NCBI GenBank assembly: GCA_030550585.1 | Contig: JAUQPB010000001.1 | Span: forward strand, 384,001-448,000 | DNA from: Thermoproteota archaeon | GTDB lineage: Archaea; Thermoproteota; Thermoprotei_A; Sulfolobales; Ignisphaeraceae | DNA: 64,000 bases | Direction of reading: 5' to 3' | Shown here: positions 51,732 to 61,876 of the stretch, in pieces | Layout of the letters: the number at the start of each line of letters is the position of its first letter | Position numbering within the stretch: the stretch's first letter is position 1 | The notes under the pieces: model-generated | What the model saw: only the letters and a program-made list of their open reading frames with translations | The model's database searches: none | What the model was told of the DNA's origin: nothing | Position numbers and translations under genes: made by a program

Positions 51732-52229
51732 CTATATGCAAATACCATATTGCTTTACAACGCTTAATATCTGCTTAGCCATATCTGAAGACACGTTCTT
51801 TCTTCTTGTTAGCTCCTCAACAACGTCATCTGGAGTTGGATAAACATCAGAACATAACATAACTAAACTTGCAACAAGCTCCAACACATAGTAATTCATT
51901 GAACCTAAAACGTTTTTTACATCAATTAGTAGATTCTCAACTCTCTGAACTGCTGCAGCTTCCACCTCACTCAATGAATTGATGTATGCTGTATTCAGAT
52001 ATTGGGCTACATAATGATAATAATTTTGAAGACCTCTCGAATAGGGGCCTCTAGAAAGCCACCCAAATTTAAATCCATAGTCAATACCACCAATTCTTTG
52101 AATCAGATAGCCCAGCTTTTGAACAACAATCTTAAACTCCATAGAATCTGGCGACAGGTTCTTCACCAAATTAGTATCATTGATTATTTTAGCGATTAGT
52201 ATTGCAATCCTCTTTCTATCATCATTCAT
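51732..52229 (-). CDS. YwgA/Panacea(DUF4065)-like protein
   Basis: QKLGYL...FKFGWLSRGPYSRGL, LELVASL; the ORF-track start lies inside the tRNA. Confidence 0.65.
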   Translation of the reverse strand: MNDDRKRIAILIAKIINDTNLVKNLSPDSMEFKIVVQKLGYLIQRIGGIDYGFKFGWLSRGPYSRGLQNYYHYVAQYLNTAYINSLSEVEAAAVQRVENLLIDVKNVLGSMNYYVLELVASLVMLCSDVYPTPDDVVEELTRRKNVSSDMAKQILSVVKQYGICI

Positions 52230-52309
52230 ACAGCAGACCTTGTTTGCCGCAAAAGATAGTCTTTCTGTAAGATTATATATGCAGTGAGGGACAACCGAAA
52301 GAATTGTTT

Positions 52310-52385
52310 TGGTGGACCGGCCGGGATTCGAACCCGGGACCTCTCGGATGCCAACCGAGCGCTCTTCCAGCTGAGCTACCGGCCC
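52310..52385 (-). tRNA. tRNA-Ala(GGC), CCA encoded
   Basis: CTCGG-TTGGCAT-CCGAG; G3:U70 acceptor pair. Confidence 0.96.
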
Positions 52386-52447
52386 ACCATACATTACTTA
52401 GTTTGTAGTGAAATGCTGGTTAAAAAGCGTAGATGTGAATACGATGT

Positions 52448-52509
52448 AGATCAGCCAAAGGGGTCCCATCATCTTTATAATCTATTAGGCCTGCGTTTAT
52501 CATCATCTT
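52448..52509 (-). ncRNA. C/D box sRNA predicted to target tRNA-Leu
   Basis: ATGATGA (C) ... ATGATG (C') ... CTGA (D); guides complementary to CAAAGGGGUC and UAGGCCUGCGU in the tRNA-Leu at 35050. Confidence 0.8.
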
Positions 52510-52617
52510 TTATTTAGCAACATATTTAGCTGTTCGTGTATTCGTTTGGAGATTTTATAAAAATATTTTATTGGTGGTTATTCGTCTAATAGTATGATGT
52601 ATATGGGTAGTCACACC

Positions 52618-53925
52618 ATGGAGACTAAATATAAGAATGTTATGTGTGGCAATATTACAAAGGAGCTTAGCGGAAAAGATGTTGTGATAGCTGGATGGGT
52701 TCATCAGATAAGGGATCTTGGAGGAAAGAAATTCATAGTTGTTAGAGATTTTAGTGGTGTTGTGCAGGTTACTATATCAAAGGATAGTGCACCAAAAGAT
52801 TTGCTGGATATTGCCGAGGAACTCACTTTCGAATCTGTTGTTCAGGTAAGAGGTTTTGTTAAAGAAGATCCTAGAGCGCCGAGGGGTGTTGAGATAGTTC
52901 CATATGAAATTAAATTGTTAAACGTAGCAAAAAAGCCTCTACCACTCGATGTAAGTGGTAAGGTTCCTGCCGATATTGATACAAGACTTAGAGAAAGGGT
53001 TCTAGATCTGAGAAGAGCTGAGATGAGAGCAGTTGCTAGGATAAGTGATACAGCATTGAAGACCATAAGAGAGGTGTTGCGAGGATATGGATTTATAGAG
53101 GTTTTCACGCCAAAGATCATAGCCTCTGCTACAGAAGGTGGTGCAAGCTTATTTCCAGTAATATACTTTGGGAAAGAGGCGTTTCTTGCACAAAGCCCAC
53201 AGCTCTACAAGGAGCTTTTGGCAGCAGCATTTGAAAGGGTATTCGAAATAGCCCCTGCTTGGAGGGCTGAGGAAAGCGATACTCCATATCATCTAGCGGA
53301 GTTTATAAGCATAGACATTGAAGCAGCTTTCATGAACTATGAAGATGTTATGAAAATTCTCGAGAACGTTGTTTACGAGGTTATGAAAGCAGTTAAAGAG
53401 GAGAACGAGGATGATCTCAAAACATTAAACTATACATTGCCAGACATTTCTCTGCCTTTACCAAGAATAAAATACATTGATGCAATTAAAATGCTTAGAG
53501 ATAAGGGAGTTAGTGTAGAGCCTGGCGAAGACTTGTCGATAACCCATCTAAGAATTTTGAGCGAGTCTATAGAATCTCCCCTATACTTCATTGTCGAGTT
53601 CCCAACTAAAATAAGAGCCTTCTACACAAAACCGAAGGATGATGATCCCACGTACAGCGAAAGCTTTGATTTGGTATGGAAGCACCTAGAGCTGGCTTCT
53701 GGCAGTTCTAGAATACATAAAAAGGACCAGTTGGTAGAGGCACTAAAAGAGCGTGGATTAAATGTTGAAAGCTTTAGCTTCTTTGTGAAATGGTTTGACT
53801 ATGGAATGCCTCCCCATGCTGGATGGGGCATGGGCTACTCAAGACTACTACTTATGCTCACTGGCAGAAGCAACGTTAAAGAGGTTACACTGTTTCCAAG
53901 AGATAAAAAGAGGTTGACACCCTAA
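52618..53925 (+). CDS. aspS: Aspartyl-tRNA synthetase (archaeal type)
   Basis: ATEGGA, LAQSPQLYKE, YGMPPHAGWGMG, LFPRD. Confidence 0.96.
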   Translation: METKYKNVMCGNITKELSGKDVVIAGWVHQIRDLGGKKFIVVRDFSGVVQVTISKDSAPKDLLDIAEELTFESVVQVRGFVKEDPRAPRGVEIVPYEIKLLNVAKKPLPLDVSGKVPADIDTRLRERVLDLRRAEMRAVARISDTALKTIREVLRGYGFIEVFTPKIIASATEGGASLFPVIYFGKEAFLAQSPQLYKELLAAAFERVFEIAPAWRAEESDTPYHLAEFISIDIEAAFMNYEDVMKILENVVYEVMKAVKEENEDDLKTLNYTLPDISLPLPRIKYIDAIKMLRDKGVSVEPGEDLSITHLRILSESIESPLYFIVEFPTKIRAFYTKPKDDDPTYSESFDLVWKHLELASGSSRIHKKDQLVEALKERGLNVESFSFFVKWFDYGMPPHAGWGMGYSRLLLMLTGRSNVKEVTLFPRDKKRLTP

Positions 53926-55148
53926 GTATATGACAGGGGGTTGCATCTGATTATCTCTCTCAGCAAAACTGTGGCGTAAGATCCTGGAGGAAGACCAAAG
54001 CTAAGTAGAATTGCGTTGCCTTCTGTTTTGTAGTTAAATCCGAAAGCCTTTGAAATAGACTCTCTGTAGTCACCATAGAAACACAGCCTCTCTAGCCTAT
54101 TTTTGCAAAACATTTTCATATCTATACCCTCTGTTTCTACAATTTCATCAAAAAACCTCTTGATATTTTCACTAAGATTAATTTTGTAGCCTGGCAAGGG
54201 AATGTATCTATATTTTTCCCTTAGCGCATGCAGCCCATCTCTAACATTATGTGTCTCTACAACACTAAGCCATATTTTTGAAAGCAATCTGTTAAACAAA
54301 TAGGCTTGATAGGCATTTACAAAAAGCTTTATAATTCTGCTGTACATGGAATTTTTTAACAAATGTTTCAATTCTTCATCGATACGAACATTATCTGCTC
54401 GACACAGTCTATCCTCTAAACTCTTATGCAATACACCTAGCTTTTTTGGAGCATCTCTACACAAAACTTTGAGAAACAAATCAAAATCTTCTTTAATAAG
54501 TGCTTTACCTAAAATGTGTGTAATTGGTCTTCGAGACCCAAATCTTTGATAACCAAAAAAGTTTAGAAACTGGTAATCATGATCCTTAAGCATATTGATT
54601 GCTCTTAATAAATTGTCTAGAGCATCATGCCTGTCTACAATTATCCTTATATCAAATTCATTTGAGTTGTGCACCAAGACCGGCTTTGATTGGCTACAAA
54701 ACCATAGATACGCCTCTACAACTGTAGAATCAGAAACTATTTTAATGCTGCCTTCAAGTTTTCTGCAACCGAATAGTATAACAACCTGATAAGCTATGGC
54801 ATGAGCATCTTTTAGACCCAGTAGCTCAAAATCCTTACAGCTAAGATTAGACTTCAAGAATTGTCCTAGAGACATTGAGTCTATGTTTTGCTTTTTAGTT
54901 ATATAAACACAGTATTCTTTGTGTACATCTCTATCAATTTGTATGAAGCTTTTAGATAACTTGTCAAAAAGCTCCTTAAGATTGACTGCATTCACATTCT
55001 CCATGACTACAAAGCCATCCGGTCTTTCTATCCAAACAGATCTACACCCAAACGATTCACACTGAGAATACGTGCTTGGATATGTATAGACTTGTAGTCC
55101 GAGCACCAGATCTAGTAATGATGTTGTTAGAAAGCTTGATAGAAACAT
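53922..55148 (-). CDS. truD: tRNA pseudouridine(13) synthase
   Basis: GLKDAHA, NFFGYQRFG, AYQAYLFN, LPPGSYATVLLREI. Confidence 0.92.
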   Translation of the reverse strand: MFLSSFLTTSLLDLVLGLQVYTYPSTYSQCESFGCRSVWIERPDGFVVMENVNAVNLKELFDKLSKSFIQIDRDVHKEYCVYITKKQNIDSMSLGQFLKSNLSCKDFELLGLKDAHAIAYQVVILFGCRKLEGSIKIVSDSTVVEAYLWFCSQSKPVLVHNSNEFDIRIIVDRHDALDNLLRAINMLKDHDYQFLNFFGYQRFGSRRPITHILGKALIKEDFDLFLKVLCRDAPKKLGVLHKSLEDRLCRADNVRIDEELKHLLKNSMYSRIIKLFVNAYQAYLFNRLLSKIWLSVVETHNVRDGLHALREKYRYIPLPGYKINLSENIKRFFDEIVETEGIDMKMFCKNRLERLCFYGDYRESISKAFGFNYKTEGNAILLSFGLPPGSYATVLLREIIRCNPLSYT

Positions 55149-55161
55149 TCGAACACCTATA

Positions 55162-55536
55162 CTATAACAATGGCAGGTCTCCAGTAACCTTATCAATTAT
55201 TTCAGCTGGTGCTGGTCCCAGGCCCAATGCTGTTATGGTTCCTGGTGGTAGCTGGGTCAAGCCCGCATCAGCTATTAGAACTGTGTTTATCCCAAGTTCA
55301 TCTGCAATCCTCTTCAAATTCAGCAACTCTTCTAAGCTTTTAACCTTAACAACTATCTTCTTCTGGCCCTGTCTCCTCCACTCAGCAATTATCTCACTAC
55401 AAGACTTTTTCTCAAGACACTGTAAAACAGCTTCGACAGCAGCATGAGCTACTTGTGTAGCCAATTTCCCTTTTCCCATCTTTATATCAGTTCTAACAAC
55501 AATTACTTGTTTCAGCTCACCCATCTTAGCACTCAC
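55162..55536 (-). CDS. pth2: Peptidyl-tRNA hydrolase Pth2
   Basis: MGKGKLATQVAHA, GQKKIV, DAGLTQ. Confidence 0.96.
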   Translation of the reverse strand: MSAKMGELKQVIVVRTDIKMGKGKLATQVAHAAVEAVLQCLEKKSCSEIIAEWRRQGQKKIVVKVKSLEELLNLKRIADELGINTVLIADAGLTQLPPGTITALGLGPAPAEIIDKVTGDLPLL

Positions 55537-55632
55537 ACATGGTTCGCTATCACCACGAAAGAATTAATAGGCTTTTAAATCTGCGCTGAACAAATCCAGT
55601 TGATAGCAAATTTTCATTAATTAAGGTGAATA

Positions 55633-55839
55633 ATGCTGGCATTAACCACAAAGATTGTGCTCCACGAAACAGCAAGTATAAGAATATGCTCAAGCTGTAA
55701 AAAACTCATAGCACCTGATGAAAAAGCTGTTAGCTTCAGATGTCCAAACTGTGGAAGCGTTGTCATATGGAGATGCCAAAAATGTAGAACAATGACCGTT
55801 CCCTACAAATGTCCTAACTGTGGTTTTGAGGGGCCATAG
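55633..55839 (+). CDS. Zn-ribbon protein (HVO_2753/DUF1610-like)
   Basis: Four CxxC motifs, ends CPNCGFEGP, upstream of EF-1beta. Confidence 0.9.
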   Translation: MLALTTKIVLHETASIRICSSCKKLIAPDEKAVSFRCPNCGSVVIWRCQKCRTMTVPYKCPNCGFEGP

Positions 55840-55852
55840 CGGTGAATAAACT

Positions 55853-56134
55853 ATGCCGGGTAATGTTATAGTCGTTTTAAGAGCTTATCCAAAAGAAGTT
55901 ATGGAGGATTTCACAAAGCTCATCGAGAAAATTCAGCTGAAAGTTAAAGAGACTGTGTATAGTTTAATGAAGTGGGAGCCTGTTGAAATAGCTTTTGGAT
56001 ACAAAGCCCTTGATCTATACTTTATAATGCCTGAGGACATCGAGGGTGGTACAGAAAATCTTGAGGAAATAATAAAAAGTGTTGATGATATAGACAATGT
56101 GGAGGTTGTGTATATTACGAGGGTAGGTATATAA
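55853..56134 (+). CDS. ef1b: Elongation factor 1-beta
   Basis: EIAFGYKAL, EGGTENLEE. Confidence 0.92.
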   Translation: MPGNVIVVLRAYPKEVMEDFTKLIEKIQLKVKETVYSLMKWEPVEIAFGYKALDLYFIMPEDIEGGTENLEEIIKSVDDIDNVEVVYITRVGI

Positions 56135-56150
56135 TAGGGAGTACACATAA

Positions 56151-56384
56151 ATGTCGACAAAGAGAAGAATACAACAGAGAATACTAGACATTGTAAGAGA
56201 GAATGGAAAGGCCGAGGACAAGGAGTTGCTAGAACTGTTAAAGAAAGAGATTGAGATCTCTTATAGTGAGCTACTAAATCTGATAATGTATTTAGAGATT
56301 GAGGGTTTTGTAGATGTTAAAAAACAGAAGGATAACTTGATAGTCACACCTAAGTCAACCACAAAAAAGATTGTGTCACAATAG
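56151..56384 (+). CDS. Small winged-helix protein
   Basis: LLNLIMYLEIEGFVDV. Confidence 0.65.
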   Translation: MSTKRRIQQRILDIVRENGKAEDKELLELLKKEIEISYSELLNLIMYLEIEGFVDVKKQKDNLIVTPKSTTKKIVSQ

Positions 56385-56425
56385 GTTTTAAATCTCTTAC
56401 GTAAAAAAGTCTTTGGAAAGGCGAC

Positions 56426-57481
56426 ATGGGTGTTAATCTAAGGGATTTGATACCACCTAGCTGTAGAATTGAAATTGCAGATCTAAGACAACTTGCAAGA
56501 AGGGTTATTGCATTAGATGCTTACAATGCTCTATACCAGTTCTTGGCTGCCATAAGACAGCCTGATGGGACGCCATTAATGGATTCGAAATCTAGAGTAA
56601 CAAGCCATTTAAGTGGTCTTTTCTACAGAACTATAAACCTGGTTGAAAATGGCATAAAACCTGTTTATGTATTTGATGGCAAACCCCCTGAGCTTAAGAG
56701 AGCTGAATTAGAGAGAAGGAGGTTGAGGAAGGAGAAGGCTCAGAGATTAGCAGAGAAAGCATATGAAGAAGGTGCTATTGAAGAAGCTGCAAAATATGTT
56801 GTCCAATCTGTGAGTCTCGAAAGTGATATGGTTAGGGATGCAAAGGAGCTTTTAGAGGCTATGGGCATACCATATGTCCAAGCATTAGAGGAGGGAGAGG
56901 CGCAAGCAGCATACCTAGCTAAGAAGGGTTTGTGCTGGGCAGCAGCAAGCCAAGACTATGATTCTCTTCTTTTTGGAAGCCCAAGACTTGTGAGAAACCT
57001 CACGATATCAGGTAAGAGAAAACTCCCAGGCAAAGACGTATACGTTGAGATAAAGCCGGAGGTTATAGAGTTAGACACGTTGCTCAAAGCTCTAGGGATA
57101 ACCAGAGAGCAATTGGTGGATGTGGCCATACTGATAGGAACTGACTATAATCCAGATGGGGTTGAGGGAGTAGGCCCTAAGACAGCCCTACAACTAATTA
57201 AAATGTATGGGTCTCTTGAAAAAGCATTGAAACATATTCCCCAGGCAAAGTTTCCTGAGGATCCCCTGAAAATAAAGTCCTACTTCCTTAATCCTCCAGT
57301 AAACGAAAAAGTTAATATTGAGTGGAGAGAGCCTGATAGAAACAAAATCATTCAGATCTTAGTTCAGGAACATGACTTTTCGCTGGATAGAGTTGAAACT
57401 GCTATTAAAAGACTTGAGAAAGGATACAAAGAATTTATAAAATCGACTACAGCAAGTCTAGATATGTGGTTTAGAAAATGA
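56426..57481 (+). CDS. fen: Flap endonuclease 1
   Basis: DAYNALYQFL, EGEAQAA, SQDYDSLLFG, PIP-box SLDMWF. Confidence 0.97.
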   Translation: MGVNLRDLIPPSCRIEIADLRQLARRVIALDAYNALYQFLAAIRQPDGTPLMDSKSRVTSHLSGLFYRTINLVENGIKPVYVFDGKPPELKRAELERRRLRKEKAQRLAEKAYEEGAIEEAAKYVVQSVSLESDMVRDAKELLEAMGIPYVQALEEGEAQAAYLAKKGLCWAAASQDYDSLLFGSPRLVRNLTISGKRKLPGKDVYVEIKPEVIELDTLLKALGITREQLVDVAILIGTDYNPDGVEGVGPKTALQLIKMYGSLEKALKHIPQAKFPEDPLKIKSYFLNPPVNEKVNIEWREPDRNKIIQILVQEHDFSLDRVETAIKRLEKGYKEFIKSTTASLDMWFRK

Positions 57482-57509
57482 AATCTACTGATATTGTTGG
57501 GTATGTACA

Positions 57510-58454
57510 ATGTTTGTGAACAGCCTGCGCAACAGAGACTTGCTATCTATAGCAGATCTTTCTGTAGAGGAGCTAAGATCGCTAATAGATTTGAGCTTCA
57601 AGCTCAAAGAGCTTTACTATAATGGGCTGAAATATCTGAATATATTGAATGGAAAGATTGTGGCACTAATATTCGAGAAGCATAGCACAAGAACCAGAAT
57701 AAGTCTACAGGTTGCTATAGAGCAGATTGGAGGGCGATCCCTCTATCTATCATCTCAGGAACTGCAACTTGCAAGAGGTGAACCGATAAAGGATACAGCA
57801 AGGGTGTTAGATAGATATGTTGATGGCGTTGCAGCTAGGGTTTATAGCCATAAGTCGCTCTTGGAACTAGCAGAATACGCCAAAATACCTGTAATAAATG
57901 CTTTAAGCGACTTTGAACACCCGCTTCAAGCTCTAGCTGATGTGATGACAATTCTAGAGTTTAAAAAAGATATGAAGAAGGTTAAGGTGGCTTTTGTAGG
58001 CGATGGTAGAGACAATGTTGCTCATAGCCTAATGCTAGCAGTTACAATGCTTGGAGGCTCTATATACATAGCCACTCCAGTAGGGTATGAGCCAGATGCC
58101 AGGCTATACAGCATAGCTAAGGACTATGCTGAGAAAAGCGGTGGCTATATTGCAATAGTTAGAAACCCTGTAGAAGCTGTTAAAGACGCTGACGTGATAT
58201 ATACCGACGTATGGGTTAGCATGGGCCAGGAGGCTGAGAGGGATAAGAGAATTAGAGACTTAAAGGAGTACCAGGTAAACAAAGAGCTTGTGGCTTATGC
58301 CAAAAAGGATTACATATTCATGCATTGTCTTCCTGCACACAGAGGTGAAGAGGTGACTGAGGATGTTATAGAGTCTCCAAACTCTGTTGTATGGCAACAA
58401 GCAGAAAACAGATTGCATACAGCAAAAGCTGTTATTGCGTCTATTCTAAGATAG
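57510..58454 (+). CDS. argF: Ornithine carbamoyltransferase
   Basis: STRTR, HPLQ, DVWVSMG, HCLP, QAENR. Confidence 0.96.
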   Translation: MFVNSLRNRDLLSIADLSVEELRSLIDLSFKLKELYYNGLKYLNILNGKIVALIFEKHSTRTRISLQVAIEQIGGRSLYLSSQELQLARGEPIKDTARVLDRYVDGVAARVYSHKSLLELAEYAKIPVINALSDFEHPLQALADVMTILEFKKDMKKVKVAFVGDGRDNVAHSLMLAVTMLGGSIYIATPVGYEPDARLYSIAKDYAEKSGGYIAIVRNPVEAVKDADVIYTDVWVSMGQEAERDKRIRDLKEYQVNKELVAYAKKDYIFMHCLPAHRGEEVTEDVIESPNSVVWQQAENRLHTAKAVIASILR

Positions 58455-58760
58455 CTCTTTTATCTTGTCCAGTGCTGTTCTAAGCCTTTCCTCTCTACAG
58501 GCATAAACACACTCTGTAAAACACTCATTGTCTCTATAGCCATTGTAGTTGTGGCACTGTGCGTTGCACTCATGATCACAAGGTAAAACATTGAGTTCTA
58601 GCACAATAAAACCATTAGTTTTGTTTACCCTAAACAGTTGTATCATGTTGAATTTTCTTAGGTACTCCACTATCCTATTCCCACTTTCTATAGGTACTAT
58701 GAGGAAGCCGTATTGCTTAACAGTTTTTTCAATTGCTCTAACAATTTCAATTGCACTCAC
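58446..58760 (-). CDS. Hypothetical protein with CX3CX3C...CX3CX3C motif
   Basis: CDHECNAQC...CFTECVYAC. Confidence 0.65.
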   Translation of the reverse strand: MSAIEIVRAIEKTVKQYGFLIVPIESGNRIVEYLRKFNMIQLFRVNKTNGFIVLELNVLPCDHECNAQCHNYNGYRDNECFTECVYACREERLRTALDKIKELS

Positions 58761-59143
58761 TTCAGCTCAGCCTCAACATTTTTCAACGCATTTCTAACCA
58801 AATAGGCCATATCTTTTTTTCCAGAGACATATCTTAGCTTTCCATCCACATATTTCATTCTAAGCAATTCCAAACCATCTTGGTTCACTACGGAAATATA
58901 GCCCTTCACTTTCTTCCGCCAGTTTATAGTTAATTCAAGTAATACAGCAAAAAAGCCATTTTCTAAATCAATGTTAACACATCTGCTCTCACCTTTTTTG
59001 TATACACCTCTGCATCTCCGAATTTCGGAGATCTTTGGTGACGTTATATCCCCTTTGTCATCAACAATAAATATTCTTGCAATTCTTCTATGCTTTCCAG
59101 TATCGCTTCGAGTATCCTCAATTCTGAATTGTATTTTACCCAA
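58757..59143 (-). CDS. Conserved hypothetical basic protein
   Basis: RSDTGKH motif; overlapping stop/start with neighbours. Confidence 0.65.
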   Translation of the reverse strand: MGKIQFRIEDTRSDTGKHRRIARIFIVDDKGDITSPKISEIRRCRGVYKKGESRCVNIDLENGFFAVLLELTINWRKKVKGYISVVNQDGLELLRMKYVDGKLRYVSGKKDMAYLVRNALKNVEAELK

Positions 59144-59417
59144 TCTTTAAAACACCTTCAGTAAAATTCCATTTCTTCACATTCTCAGCAAACATACAGA
59201 TAACATTTTTTCCCATACCTATAGAGCTCACATCAATTCTCACAGTACCACTTATCTCAATAAACTTTACATTATTGTATGTACCACCATCTACATAAGC
59301 TCCATCATCGTTGTATAGTTCAACAGTTGCATGTGAACCGACTATATCAAAGCATATCTTTGCATATCTCAAAGTCTTTGCACCAATTGCACAGCTAAAA
59401 TTGCTACTATTATTCAT
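59136..59417 (-). CDS. Hypothetical protein
   Basis: SD GTGG plus ATG; operonic overlap. Confidence 0.55.
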   Translation of the reverse strand: MNNSSNFSCAIGAKTLRYAKICFDIVGSHATVELYNDDGAYVDGGTYNNVKFIEISGTVRIDVSSIGMGKNVICMFAENVKKWNFTEGVLKIG

Positions 59418-59598
59418 ATTTTAACCACGCCTTTAATAGTTCTTTTGCATATAGACACCGATTATAGCATCTTTAACTACTTCCATGTTGGAGATTCAAA
59501 CGCATGATACATATGCTTAGCATAACGTTAGAGTTAAAGAATTATGAACGTAAACTTTTTCAGTGTACTCTATCCATAGTATCTGTGGTAAGATTGCT

Positions 59599-60096
59599 AT
59601 GTCCTCTTCCATTAAAAAAATCGAGGTTATAAACGTTCCAATACCACAGGGGGCAAACGTTATTGTGGGTCAGAGCCACTTTATTAAAACCGTGGAGGAT
59701 TTGTACGAGACTTTGGTGACTTCTGTTCCTAATATAAGATTTGGAATAGCATTCAATGAGGCTAGTGGAAAGAGGCTTGTTAGATATGATGGAAACGATG
59801 AGGAGCTTGTTAAACTTGCTATAGATGTTGCCTTGAAGATTGGGGCTGGACATGTGTTTGTACTATATATCAGAAATGCATGGCCCATTAATGTATTGAA
59901 TGCCATAAAGAATGTGCAAGAAGTTGTTAGAATATATGCTGCTACGGCAAATCCTCTACAAGTAATTGTTGCAGAGACAGATCAGGGTAGAGGAGTTATT
60001 GGTGTAGTCGATGGATTTACGCCACTAGGTGTTGAAGACGCTAATGAGAAACGTGAAAGATATGAGTTTCTTAGGAAAATAGGTTATAAGAAATGA
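59599..60096 (+). CDS. Adenosine-specific kinase (DUF355)
   Basis: [34 protein letters not shown]. Confidence 0.9.
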   Translation: MSSSIKKIEVINVPIPQGANVIVGQSHFIKTVEDLYETLVTSVPNIRFGIAFNEASGKRLVRYDGNDEELVKLAIDVALKIGAGHVFVLYIRNAWPINVLNAIKNVQEVVRIYAATANPLQVIVAETDQGRGVIGVVDGFTPLGVEDANEKRERYEFLRKIGYKK

Positions 60097-60707
60097 GCAA
60101 AACGAAATTTATTGATATAGCTATAGAGAAGTACTGCTTTCAACCATATGAAACCTCGCTTTTTGCCTTATATGTTCTAAGAAAATGTGGAGAGGCTCTA
60201 GAGACTCTAGAAGAAGAAGTAGCCTACAAGTTTGTGGAAAATGACGAAATATTCGAGTCTTGGATCAGCTCAAAATTTGAGAAAGAGCTTCAAGAAGGTG
60301 TTGTTAGAGCTACGATCGATTATTATGACAAGAAATATTCAACGATATTTTTCAAAGAGCCTAAAGCAGATTCTGGTTTCTTTGCCATACCTATTCCATA
60401 TCTGGCAAAACTTCTTAAGATTGTTGTTTTAAAGGATGTTAGCGATGGTGAGATAAGTGTTAAGGAAGAGGGTAATGGATTTGCAATTGATTTTTCTCAT
60501 GGCGATTTTTACGTCTTTTTCAATCCGATAAAAATGTTAGATAGTTTTGCAGGGTTGATTGTAGTAACTAATGTAGGTATAGAGCATATAAGACCAAGTG
60601 ACTTGGTCAAGATATCTGAAGGTGTAGCAAAGCGTAAGAAGAAGAGCAAGTCTAGGAAGAGAAAGAGAAGAGCTAAGAAGAGAAAATCCAAAAAAGGTAA
60701 AGGTTGA
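60093..60707 (+). CDS. Hypothetical protein with Lys/Arg-rich tail
   Basis: C-terminal [25 protein letters not shown]. Confidence 0.7.
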   Translation: MSKTKFIDIAIEKYCFQPYETSLFALYVLRKCGEALETLEEEVAYKFVENDEIFESWISSKFEKELQEGVVRATIDYYDKKYSTIFFKEPKADSGFFAIPIPYLAKLLKIVVLKDVSDGEISVKEEGNGFAIDFSHGDFYVFFNPIKMLDSFAGLIVVTNVGIEHIRPSDLVKISEGVAKRKKKSKSRKRKRRAKKRKSKKGKG

Positions 60708-60765
60708 GTGGCGCTGCTTTGGGTTTGTGCATAAACAAAGAATGTCAATAAATAATTGCTTCAAA

Positions 60766-61065
60766 TTATTCCTTACTTGAAGCTATAATGGAGTAGAGAA
60801 CATCTCTAAGTGTTTTCGATAAAGAGTAGCAACCATATCCCTGCTCAACTAATCCCTTCTCAATCAATTTCCTAATCACAGCCTTTGGATCATTGATTCT
60901 ATGCAAGAACTTCAATTCTCTTATAGCAACTAATGTACCCACAGAAATATTCTGAATAAAGTACTCTAGAACCTTAACCTCCTCTGTAGACAGCGACAAT
61001 ATTTTTTTCTTTAGATCCTCATCTTTAATGTGGTTTATGATATTAGACAAAATCTTGCTGTCCAT
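60766..61065 (-). CDS. Winged-helix hypothetical protein
   Basis: IRKLIEKGLVEQGYGCYSL. Confidence 0.7.
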   Translation of the reverse strand: MDSKILSNIINHIKDEDLKKKILSLSTEEVKVLEYFIQNISVGTLVAIRELKFLHRINDPKAVIRKLIEKGLVEQGYGCYSLSKTLRDVLYSIIASSKE

Positions 61066-61268
61066 AGCACCTGCTTACCCACAACTAAATTCTCAAAGGC
61101 CATTAAATACTTTTAACATAGCCTAGCATAGACCATATTTTTATAGGGGGCCTCGTAAAAATTAAGTGAGTTATTAACTAGTTTAAATAGGGTTTTTAAG
61201 GGTCTTCAATTAATTTTCGATAGAAAAGCTTATAAATACTTCAGATACATAGCTCCCGGTGAACAGAA

Positions 61269-61637
61269 ATGAGCGCCACAAAGAGGTTAACGGTGATACA
61301 TGGCAGACATGTGGCAGGAAATCTCTACAACTGCAATTCTGAAAAGCTAGCCAATATAACATACCTAATAAATTTAGTGAAAAACGCTGCAAAAATTGGA
61401 AACATGACTCTTCTTGACATCAAATCCTGGAAAATAGGCAATGGAATTAGTGTTGTGGGAATCGTATTAGAGAGCCACATATCGATTCACACATGGCCTG
61501 AACACAGCTTTGCAACAGTAGATGTATACAGCTGTGGCGCACATACAGATCCGGAAAAAGCATTCGATTACATAGCATCATCACTAGAAGCACAAAAAAT
61601 TGAGAAAAAAGTTCTCGACAGAAGCTATGAAATATAG
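61269..61637 (+). CDS. speH: S-adenosylmethionine decarboxylase proenzyme
   Basis: LESHISIHTWPE cleavage site; DIKSWKIG and DVYSCG match crenarchaeal SAMDC rather than ArgDC. Confidence 0.88.
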   Translation: MSATKRLTVIHGRHVAGNLYNCNSEKLANITYLINLVKNAAKIGNMTLLDIKSWKIGNGISVVGIVLESHISIHTWPEHSFATVDVYSCGAHTDPEKAFDYIASSLEAQKIEKKVLDRSYEI

Positions 61638-61876
61638 CTCAATGCACCGAAAAACATACTAAGTTGTGAGCACATTTATAACCAATTTTGTGCAAAAGCT
61701 TAGACCCGATGCATAAAACCTATAGTGTTTCTAAAATCCGTAGCCATTCACATAACAATTATATTAATTTCTTTCAAGATACTCTACAGCCACATTAATA
61801 AATGCTATTGCAGACAGCAAGAAAAAGTAACACTCTTTAATTTTGAGAAAATGCTGCTGTGCCCAAGCCCTGCCTA

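Noticed and set aside
52230-52394. N-terminal extension of the 51732..52394 ORF (possible integrase fragment)
   Set aside because: Spurious read-through of tRNA-Ala; the downstream protein has no tyrosine recombinase motifs
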